Below are positions 18,255 to 29,069 of a DNA stretch of 64,000 bases, piece after piece. The notes below the pieces were generated by a model that saw nothing but the letters and a program-made list of their open reading frames with translations, had not been told where the DNA came from and did no database searches. Each line of letters starts with the position of its first letter. Position 1 is the stretch's first letter. Made by a program: the position numbers and the translations under genes. Origin of the DNA: Takakia lepidozioides (taxonomy: Eukaryota; Plantae; Bryophyta); the NCBI GenBank assembly GCA_030704615.1, contig CM060734.1, forward strand, positions 22,134,001 to 22,198,000. The letters are read 5' to 3'.

Positions 18255-18505
18255 GCAGTTACTTACGTCCGTTCAGGAAGTTTTTATTTTTGTGCTTTTC
18301 TCTTTGGGCAGTATGGGCAGCTCAAAACAAAAATGACGACGACAACGTGGCGTGACGACGATGACCTGGCTACGATGACATGTCTACGATGATGTGGCAA
18401 CGATGACGTGGCACTTTGGCACCCTATTCATGCTCTACGCTAAACTAGCTCTCGACCTTCGGTCGTCGCTAGAACTAGGGCTTCGCGTTGCTCTGCACTA
18501 CTAGC
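18255..18505 (+). mobile_element. Possible short non-autonomous Helitron-type element: tandem G-box-like repeats and terminal hairpins with CTAG
   Basis: ~15-bp units acgatgac(g/c)tggc at 18335-18415. Hairpin cgac-cttcg-gtcg followed by CTAG (18452-18480), then a second GC-rich segment followed by CTAG. Confidence 0.3.
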
Positions 18506-20235
18506 GACGATTTCTGAGAAGGACGTCCGGATGGATGGGCCGTACTCAAGGTTTATGAGAGAGTACGAACATGAGCCCCAGCCACACTGCCAGCAATCTG
18601 TAAAAGCCATCGTCACGTGTCCTCTCGCTTTATCAGACAAGGATGAATTTTTGAATGCCCTATAAGAAGTCATTTCCAAATTGTTAATGACCGGTGGGGC
18701 AAACAGTAACAATCCAATCAGCATACATCGCAGTTCTCACCAGTGGAGGAATCAGTGATCAATACTGCTAAGCCTTGTTCGTGAACCAAAATCACATTGT
18801 ATTGGACACTGAAAAAGTATGCATAGTTACTCTACTGGGCGTAGCATTCTCTTCCTCCCTCTTGAGTTATCACAGTAAAACAAAACAATGCCTCTCTTAC
18901 CAGCACCTCCTTTTTTGGATCGGTGATACTGTAGAGGCGAATGGTGTACAAAATCTGCATCCATGAGACAAAAGTCAACTTTGATCTTCATAACATAGGC
19001 ATTGCTCTAATTATTGCTGAATCTTACAGCGAGTCATTAGTTGATATGCTCGTTTAATTTTCTATCGCATTCCTCCCTCAGATTTTCTTAAAACTCAAGA
19101 TTCCCAACTGAACCTTCTCCTCTAGTCCACATAATGCAAACCTCCCCCAACCCACCCACCCCCTGCCCTGCCACCCAAGCAAAACGTCTTTTATTGATAT
19201 CCTTCTTCTTCCCTTATTCTTCCCTTATTCTTAGCATTCATTGTCCCATAAGCTCTTTGTACATTATCAAGTTCATCTTCTCTGTTATTGTGGTTATGTT
19301 GTTGTTATACTTAGCCCCGTAAGCCCTCACAACCCTCTACGGACATTGTAACATCTCTTTCATTGTCTCTCTATTATGTCCTTAGAAATGGTTATATGCA
19401 ACAAGATATACCCCAGTCCAGAACCTCGGATTTTTAACAGTAAGAATCACAATCCAGGTGGCGAATCCTATTTAGAAAACAAGCGTCACATGGGTAACCA
19501 TAATAGGCAGCTTGGGAAATACCCTGCCATTCACAACTTGTCGGCCCGTATCTTCCAGACGGTGATCCAAATCAAGTAATCCTGATCGCAAGCGCATTGA
19601 TCCAGCTCCTCATGTCTCTCTCCCTCTTTGACTCCCCTTCTTTCCTCCCTAGATTTTCCCCACACTCTCTTCACTACAAAGTTCCACTCGTCATCTCTCT
19701 TTGCGCAAACAGACAGTTGCCGGCTAGTCGAAGCCTTTCGCTACTCCCGCTCCTAAATCTCTCTCTCTCTCTCTCTCTCCGCGTTCAAGAAATTACGGTT
19801 AAAGCAGTTCAAGAAGTTTTTAGACGGTTCAAGAAGTTTCAGACAGTTCAAGGAGTTAAAGAAGTTCTTGTTCTTGTTATTCATTAGTAGAGAAATTGGT
19901 TTTTCCTACACCAAGGGTACCTCACACCTGACTCAAACATAAGACAAAAAGTTGCTTGTTAGGGTTGCGGGGGCACGTTCGATGTACACGGGACTTCGCG
20001 TTTTGTTTGTCTTCTGTGCCACCATCTGTGTTTTCTTAAGGTTCGCGAACCAGGATAAGAGGTTTCTAAAAGACTGGTATCGGGTTGGCGGGGGGAGGAG
20101 AGAATAGAGAGAGAGAGAAGTGCCGCGCAACGAGTGTACTGTTTGTGGGATCGAGGATCGACCTGTATGTTCGCTCTTGTTGTGTCGGCCATTGTCACGA
20201 CGTGTGCTATACGGGAGCTTTAGAGCGGAGACAGC

Positions 20236-21730
20236 AGGGAGTGTTCAACAGTATGGCTAAACGAGATGTAGTGTCGTGGAGTGCGATGATTGCATGCACA
20301 GCAAGGGCACGGGATGGAGGCTTTGGAGACCTATGAGCACCTTCTTTCATAACTTTTGTTTGCATTTGCAATGCGTGTGCAAGCCTGGCAGCCCTGGAAA
20401 AGTGCAAGGAGGTCCATGGTGACATCGTCAAATCTGGAATTGTACCCAATGTCATTCTGAACACTGCCTTGGTGGACATGTATGTCAAATGTGGGTGCAT
20501 CGAGGATGCAAAGGGAGTGTTCGACAGTATGGTTGAACGAGATGTGGTATCGTGGAGTGCGATGATTGCAGGATATGCACAACAAGGGTGCAGGATGGAG
20601 GCTTTGGAGACCTTGAGCAAATGACGTGCGAAGGGGTGAAGATGGTCAACTGAAGGCAGCAGTTGCACCGGCACAGTTGATAGAATCAGTTTGTGTTTGC
20701 AATGCGTGTGCAAGCCTGAGAAAAGGGGAAAGAGGTCCATGGTGACATCATCAAAGCTGGAATTGTACCAGATGTCATTCTGAACACTGCCTGGTGGACA
20801 TGTAGGCCAAATGTGGGTGCATTAAGGATGCAAAGGCAGTTTTCAACAATATGGCTGAACGAGATGTGGTGTTGTGGAGCGCGATGCTTGCAGGGACGTG
20901 GGGCAAAGAACTTCCCTGAACTTGTTTCCAGATGCAGAGAAAAAAGGTAGATTGTCAATACCTGATGTGTGGGCACCTAATTGTTTATATCAAGGTAGGC
21001 TCAGCCTCGAGATTTTGGAAGTTGTTGAACAGAGGTGATGAGCAGAAAACAGATATTGTCTTCAGGCTGCACTGGCACGTCCTGCCGTCAGTGTGCATTT
21101 GCAAATCGTATGCAAGCCTGGCAGCTTTGGAAAAGGGCAAAGAGGTCCATGGCGACATTGTCAAAGCTGCAATTGTACCAAATGTCATTCTGAACAATAC
21201 CCTCGCAGACATGTAGGGAGTGTTCGACACTATGGTTGAACGAGATATGGTGTCGTGGAGTGCGATGATTGCAGGATATGCACAGCAAGGGCGCGGGAAC
21301 TGAAGGAGCAGGGAACACTGAACACTGCTCTGGTGGACATGTATGCCAAATGTGGGAGCATTGAGGATATGAAAGGAGTGTTCAACACTATGGCTGAACG
21401 AGATGTGGTGTCGTGGAACGCGATGCTTGTAGGGTATGCACATCAGGGGCGCGGGATGGAGGCTTTGGAGACCTATGAGCAAATGATGGTGGAAGGGGTG
21501 AAGCCCGACCACATCACGTTTGTGTGCGTTTGCAGTGCGTGTGCAAGCCTGGCAGCCCTGGAAAAGGACAAAAAGGTGCATGGTTGCATCACCAAAGCTG
21601 GAATTGTACCAGATGTGATTCTGAACAATACCCTTGTGGACATATATGCCAAATGTGGGGAGCATTGAGGATGTGGTGGGAGTGTTCAACAATATGGCTG
21701 AACGAGATTTGGTGTCGTGGAACGCGATGT
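20236..21730 (+). pseudogene. Second, heavily scrambled PLS-PPR cluster
   Basis: Repeated GVFNSMAERDVVSW / ALEKGKEVHGDI.KAGIVPDVILN.. pieces, similar at the DNA level to 13590-14743. Many deletions, stops and foreign fillers (20641-20689, ~20905-21090). Confidence 0.88.
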
Positions 21731-22484
21731 TTTTGTTCATTGCGAAAAAAAAAGAAATCCTGCAATGCGTGCACGGCTATTGCACCCATTGAACGGATGT
21801 GGTTGAAGCCCCTCTTTTGCCCGCATGTGCTTGAACATGTGTGCGACACAACAGACGAATAAATCATTTGCCTCCCCATCGACACCAAGCCATTCCATAA
21901 TGTAATTGAATTTAAATTAATTTTAAGCCAATAAATAGGTTTGCAATGCCTTTCATCGGGGGTTTCTGGCACGTATCGATTTTGTTTTTAGCTCAATTTT
22001 GTTCTGCGGCTTCCAGCATCCCACCACTACTTCCCCGCCAAAATTTGGGCCAATCAAAAATGCCCCCCAAAAAAAGTGTTCTCTTTCGCTCACTATTGCA
22101 TAACTCTCTATGAAAGAGATGCATGAAAGTTGAACACAAATCAAGTTTGGAGTGCAAAACAGGGAAGAAACTGTGGTTTTGGGTCCAAATGAATTATGTT
22201 CGCTCCCAAATTTGGCACGCACGTTGCATATGGTTACATTACACGCCCCATTCAAAAACCGAATGAAAAAATAAAATCGTGAGCACGCGCAACACAGTCC
22301 AACAGGCCCCAAAGCAATAGCAGATCCAGCGGAATACATTCAACGGATGAACGGATGGTTGCCCATCCAAATCATTTTTGTTTGCTTCCAAACTTTGCCA
22401 ATACGTTCGAGACACCCTCTCACAGGTCCCGGACTAATATCAGATCAATCGAAATTCATTCGATGGCTCAACGGTCTATGTTCC

Positions 22485-25400
22485 CTGTCACATGGGCAAT
22501 TCGATTGATTGCTTGATACAGCCTTTGTCTACAATAAGGTGCCACAGCCAATAGCTGTCCAATGGTAATTTCCGATTTGGACTGGCATATTACTTCAGCC
22601 AAAGTCCCTTCATTACTCTGCATTTTTGCAGCTTCTTTCTTCCCTTCATCCTCACTCACTTCCTCTTCTCTTTCAGAATCAGAGGAATCTGCCATATGAA
22701 TATCAGTACTCTTCTGCATTTCCCTTATGGTATCTGCCACTTCCTTGTGCAGTTCCTTCTCATCTCTCCAAGCCTCATCATCTTCAGGCACATCACTGTC
22801 ATCTTCATTATCATCACCTTCCTCATCTACTTGAGGTATTATCTTGGCTTTGCTTCTGGTTCCTATCATTGTACTTACTTCTGGTACAACACATGGCCTA
22901 ACCATGTGAGCTGCCACCACTGGCCCCTCATTCACAGGAGCTCTCATCTCATTCTGGTGTCTGATCCAGAATGGACAGGCTGCCTTGCGATGTCCTGCCT
23001 GATTACAATAGTAACACAGTTCTTCCCCATTAGGTCCTCGCCCTTGGTCTGTTATGGGATTGTTTCTGTAATCCTGATTCCCTGGCTGGTAATTCCCCCT
23101 TGGATTACCCTGATAGTTGCCTCTGGAATTTCCTTGGTAATTCCCTCTTGGATTACCTCTCCCTTCCATGCCATTGTTATAACCACCAGGCCTACCATAG
23201 TGGTCCTGATCACTGTTTCTTCTTGGCTGGGGCTGCACTTGATGCACCCTTACTTGCCTAGGTTCTCTTGCTGCTGTCCTTCTGTTGTAGTAACAATTCT
23301 CAGTAGAATGCTTATCCATTTTACAGATAGTACAGTGTTTCTCCTTCATGTGGCATTCAGTGGTGGTATGGCCTTCATTCTGGCATTTTGCGCACCAAAC
23401 ACCCTTCCTCCAATGTGTTGCAGCCTCTGTGGCATACTTCTTCAAGATTTCTTCTAATCTTTTCTCATAGTCATCCCTCTTCAACTTTTCCTTCCTCTTA
23501 CTCTTCCTTTTAAACTCTTGCTCTTCTTCCTCATCCTCAGAGTCCTCATCATCCCTTTTCTCTCTGAGCATTCCCGATTGTTCAATTCTGTTCGCTGTTT
23601 CAAATGCCTCCTCCACTGTATTATGGGGTAACATATCCACTTTCTTTTGCAACTCTGGTCTTAGTCCACTCACAAACCAACTCTTCTGTAAACCTAGTGC
23701 TGGTACAACAGCCAGCTTTTTCATCATCAATTCCATCTTTTCCATATACTCCTCAACAGTTTCATGCTTCTTTTGCTTTAACTGTTGTAAACTTCCATAC
23801 ACTTCATCCTCAGTTTTACTTGTCCTGAACATATTTCGGAATGCTGTATTCAAGCCATTCCAGGTTAGGAAATGATTATCAGGGAATCTTGCATACCATT
23901 CACTTGCTTTCTTTATAAGTGAACAAGGAAACAGTCTCATCTTGGCATCATCGCCATTCTCATTGTTCACAATACACATGTGCTCAAATTGGCTAATGTG
24001 TACATCAGGATCCCCTTTTCCTGAATATATTGGAAAAGGTGGTTTTGCCCGTGTTGGTTGTAACGCCATCTGTGGCCCTACCTCCTGCCCATTGACAGGT
24101 GCTGGCCCCCTTGCTGGTGCTGGTCCTTGAGGACCTGTTGTAGTTGTGGTGGAACTTCCACCAAGTGCAGGCCCTTGAGCACTCCCTGCTACTGGCCCCA
24201 CTATATTCACAGTTCCCAGCTCCAGTTGCACTACTTCCCACACTCCCTGTCCTCCCAGAGCCAGATCCAGGCTGCCCGCCTGATCCCCCTGAACCGACAC
24301 CTTCGTTGGCCTGTGATCCAAGTGCTCCACTTGATCCAGGTCCAACGGGTTGGGATGTCCTGGTTGTAGTCTCAACCTCAGCTGTTGGGTCTAGTTCTTC
24401 ATACTCTTCCTCTTCCAATTTCTTCTCTCTGATTTCATCTTCCTAGTTCTGCCCTTGGGTTTCTTCTTCTTCACTCATGTAACTCAATTGTAATGGTGTT
24501 GGAGAGTCTGAACTCTTCGTTGGTTCTGCCACATCCTCTCCTCCTTCTTCGTCTTCCGTTTCAGAAATTAGAGTTCCTGCTTTTGGTGTTCCATGCCAAC
24601 TCTTATCAAAGATTTCTGTCAAATTTTTTATCCAGGGATGTACCTCAGATCTTTCACCTCGTGGTTGATCTTCTTCCTGTACCAATTCCCTTAATATTTC
24701 TTGCAAAGAAAAAGAAGGAGTGGCATCCAACTCTAGTTCTTCCGGTATGGGTGATGTACTCTCTGATCTTAATGGTGTGAGAGGTCCAGATGATTCCCCT
24801 ATGTCTATTCCCCTCTCCCAAAAATATGGATAATTAGCTTTCAGATAACTTTCTCTTTTTGCTGAATATCTCTGGAGTCTAGCTTCTCTTTCATCACTCA
24901 TGTCCCATGTCTTTCATTTCCTTAATGTGGCAATAACCAAAACTCTCTTCTGTAGTATCTCTCGTATATGCCCGGGTTTCTTTCAAGCTTCAATGCACCC
25001 TTGGCTATACTAGAAGTCTCCGTTACCATATAACCATATGGCAAACAAGTCTGGAAAGCTGTTCTTGGTGTGAGTTTGATCCACAGAATATCCTTTGGAA
25101 TCCAATTCTTTACCAGTACAAGCTCCTCATGCATATGAGATGCTATCACATAAACCAGTGTTGGTAACCAACGTGCTCTTCCTCTACAGGCCACCTGATA
25201 AATCTTTATCACTCCTTTCTCCAGACCCCACTCAGGGTCAGCATCATGCACCATCTTAAGAATGTTTTCCTTACAACCGTCTGGCAATTCCAAGAACCTC
25301 TGAAAGAATTGTTTGGACAATCTTTCCTTCTCAGTTTCACAGGGAATTTGATTCACATCAAATTCTTTAATTCTCCAGCCACCATGATCCCACCAGATGT

Positions 25401-25566
25401 CTATCACATCTGGTTGTTCATGACCCAGTTCCCCAGAATGGTCGCCAAATGTCGAGCGGCTTTTACTCACCCATCCCTTCGCTATCCGAGGTGGAAACTC
25501 CAAGATAGAAGAGTTGGATATCTCTAAGCACTCAGCCTGCTCAGAACAATCAGTCATGACCTGCAA
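22485..25566 (-). mobile_element. Truncated Ty3/Gypsy-like LTR retrotransposon: gag (24901 to ~22485, one stop and one frameshift) plus an upstream 214-aa ORF; pol absent
   Basis: Retrotransposon gag motifs (YSGKGDPDVH..LFPCSL..ASEWY..LKQKKHETVEEY..FVSGLRPEL). Three CCHC knuckles (CAKCQNEGHTTTEC, CTICKMDKHSTENC, CYYCNQAGHRKAAC) and GNYQGNPR repeats. Ends at ITIGQLLAVAPYCR.., just before the expected protease. Confidence 0.85.
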
Positions 25567-26034
25567 CTAGTGAATCATGGTTGTGCTTCCTATTTGTATT
25601 CCTTCCTGCCTTCATGTTATCAATTTACCTTACCGTGTATACTGAAGCATCAGATTGCTTCAGTATCTACTAAGTTCCAGTTAATCATGCATTCATTTAT
25701 GCAACATTGAACATGATCAGACCTGAATCACAAGAACACACAAACCACCACCCCGAAACCAAAAAAATCTAGACCCTAACTGCAATCCAGCACCTAAGTT
25801 TTTCTTCTATGGAGCCGTTACCATGCATCATAATGTGCTTGTGTATGAAGCAAAAGCCTACAGGATTGAACTGGAAAAATGGCACTATCTGTGTCTTGTA
25901 TATTGGTATCAAGCTCTGAGTTCTAGAGAGTTCTGAATATGAGCCTGGTAGTTGGGCTCCCATAATAGGGTAGTACTGGTATGCCATAGGTTTAGTGGTT
26001 GACATGTATCTACCTGGTGATATCAGGTTGATAC

Positions 26035-27650
26035 CAGTGTTGTGCGGGTTGTGCCTTTTTAAGGAACCCGCCGGGTCCGGGTCCGGGTATTTTTTTGGAG
26101 CCTAATCCGGGTCCGGATCCGGGTTTTTGAAATTTGAAAAATCCGGGTCCGGGTTTCTCAACACGTACTCGGGTTCGGGTCCGGGTAGTTGTTGGAAAAT
26201 GTTAGCGGGTTCAGGGGTTCGGATCCGGGTCCTAGTTAATTTATTAAATAAATTAGAAAAATAAGATTAATTAGAGATAAACTTATTTTTGGCTGAAATA
26301 AAATTAAATCCTAATAATAAAATTTATTTTAAGACACATTCCTTCAATATGAATTGCTCATTTAACACAAGAATTAAAATAGAAATTGAGTTCCATTCTT
26401 CAATATCAATTCTGAAACATGTTAACAATAGTAATATGCTTCAGGGCTCATAGATCACTATAGCATGGATGTGTGGGAGCCAGCCTCATAATAATAATAA
26501 TATATGACGCCTCCTTGGGGAGGCATAAATTATGGTGTCACTCAACCAGCGTTTTTTTTATGCGCGAAATTTCGCCACTTTTCGATCCAGAAATTGGCCT
26601 CAAGAAATTTACAAAGGAATTATGGGTTAAAATATGGCACTGTTTCGCATTACTGCCCTCCCTAATGCCATCATGTCGCTGCAATGAGGACGCTGCCTGT
26701 ACAACTGTCGCACGGGGAAAGAGCCACATGCCATTTGGGTTCGTTAGATCCAGATGATCTTGCCTATTGATTTCTAGAAACCCTACCACCTTGCCAGCGC
26801 AAGGAGCAAAGCCTTGGGTTCAAACTCTTCCCGCTTTCGCAAAGGGGTCGAGCTATAGAGGGAACTCTCATTTAGGTTTTGCTTACCCGCCTAGTATCCG
26901 TGTCATGCACCTCCATTCAGACTTGCACCGCCTCTTGCACTGGCACATGAGGCTTTGAGCAGAGTTGCTGATCTTGCACAAGATTAGTCATATTTGTCAA
27001 TGGATTGTATCCATGTGACAGAGTTATGCTAGGCTTTGCAAGATGCAGTGTCATTGTTAGTTAGAAAAAATTACCTCCCTTGTCGCTCACAAACCGAACA
27101 CTACATGAGTTGAGTTCGCATAAAACTCATCAAACATTCTTGATAGTAGCCACCGGTTCGAGATCACATGCCACAGAGTCGCCAATTGATCTTCCTCATA
27201 GGTAAGCCAGGAGCCAACATGGCTCAAGTTCTTAAATGAAAAAAAAACGCTGCACTCAACCGAAGGGGCACAACTTTGTGACACCAATACGTGGATTGAA
27301 CCCACAACCACTTTTTAGGTGGTATGTGGCCATTACAAGTGGGCTACAACTTGGTGGGGGCGGGTAGGGTGCAGCTGCCTATTGCTCGCCACATTGACCT
27401 TACCACATCTAAGGTGGACCCCGCATGCCCCACCTGATATTAAGGCCATGACCCGCTACACTTCCCCGCGGTAGCGGGTTTACTGGGTTCTGGACCCAGC
27501 AGGCAGGTCCGGGCCCGGGTCCGGTTCCGGGTTCATTTTAGAAATGAATCCGGGTCAGGGTCAGGGTTTTTGCTGATAGCACGGGTCCGGGTAATCCGGA
27601 TCCTAACCCGTCGGGTACCCGGGGTCAAAACCGGGACCCGCACAACACTG
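26035..27650. mobile_element. Non-autonomous hAT-superfamily DNA transposon, 1616 bp
   Basis: Perfect 15-bp TIR cagtgttgtgcgggt / acccgcacaacactg. 8-bp TSD gttgatac at 26027-26034 and 27651-27658. Dense subterminal ccgggt repeats at both ends. No transposase ORF. Confidence 0.93.
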
Positions 27651-29069
27651 GTTGATACCTAGTATTGATAGCCGACGAAACCCTCAATACCAGTACAACA
27701 CCGAATCAAACCGTGCATCTCATCACCTCCATTACCATTACCTTATCAATGGGCTACTCACCAAGTGGGGAGGATTTGTCCGCCAAAGGAGTCCACACTC
27801 TCTACATCGGACTACCATGAGATTGGATGCCTGCATTAAGTTCTTATTCTTTTTATTGTTTTCCGCACAAAACATATTTCCAATCAAAATGAAATAAACA
27901 TTGTAAAATTCGGATATTGTTCCCATAAGTGGTAAGGAGCAACATGCAAGCCTAGTATTTCAAATGCAAAAGGTTCCTGTACACTGATCAGTAGCCTATT
28001 GGTAAAGTGATGACAATGGTAGCTATGAGGTACAGGCTCAATTCTTGATGGGTGGTGGTGTCACCCTAGCTCCAGTAGTTAGTGTCACCTTGGTTTGTAT
28101 TGCCTCACTTGTGTCAACCCAGCTAGTGTAATTTGTGTCACCCCATGTCTCACATTCCTCTAATTAGTACATTTTAGACTCAGTCAAATTTCGTGACACC
28201 AAGTGGGAGGTGCAGCAATTGGAATGACACTCCCTTCCGTATCACCTCGGTGTCATTCTGGCCATTGTGTCACCCCAATCTCGAGAAAGGGTGGGGAAGA
28301 TTTAACATGCTAAAAACCGAACGTTGTGCATTAAGTTCTTACATTATTCCTGCTGTTCTCCAATTTCAGGGCTCCTCTCCCTTTTCTTTTTTCTCTTAAG
28401 AAAATCATCCGATAACACTAGGGACATGATGGATGAGAAGAAGACGGATGGGTGCATGGATGGATGGATGAATAGCTGGCAAGATTGAGATTTGGCGAAT
28501 TGGCAGCGGGCCCCACAGCGGGGACCCGATTGCACCGTGGCCGCTGTGCTGGCGCGCTATCATTTTTCCACGCGGCGGAACAGGACCCAGGTGTCAAAGC
28601 AGGTGCTGCCGGTCGCATTAGTAATCGGGGCCGTGCACATGGACGCTTCGACGGTCAGAATCGCAGGGGCGGGGCATATGTAATGTCGCGGGAGTGTAGG
28701 GAATCTGCGTGTTCTCGGGCTCCTCATCACTGCCTCCCTGCCCTCCTCGCCCTCTCGCTGGGTGTTGTTGCAACGACTCTCGAGGAGTGCCAAGGATTTA
28801 GTCCTCACGACTGATTCCCGTGATTGATTTTGGTAGATTTGATAGAATCATCATACGGTAAGATTGTATTTCTAGGTGCCTCTGCAGCTGTTTGGTGCGA
28901 AGCAGAAAGTGTGCAACTGTGCACGCAGAGCTGAATTTCGCATGCCATCGATAGACCAACAAACTTCACAGTTTCCTGTAGAGGTTGGGTTCAGTGTGTC
29001 GGTAATTGACATTCTTATTACTGGGAGGACTGTAATCCAGGTACGTTAAGCACTCTGAGTCCAATCAGC

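Noticed and set aside
19340-20210. LTR-like fragments with agttcaagaag repeats and TG..CA-like ends
   Set aside because: No paired LTR, TSD or linked coding region could be established.
22626-24780. Long plus-strand ORFs (e.g. 22696-23457)
   Set aside because: Antisense shadows of the gag ORF.
26060-26235. Regular ccgggt repeats resembling an array or CRISPR
   Set aside because: They are subterminal repeats of the hAT element, with no unique spacers, in a eukaryotic context.
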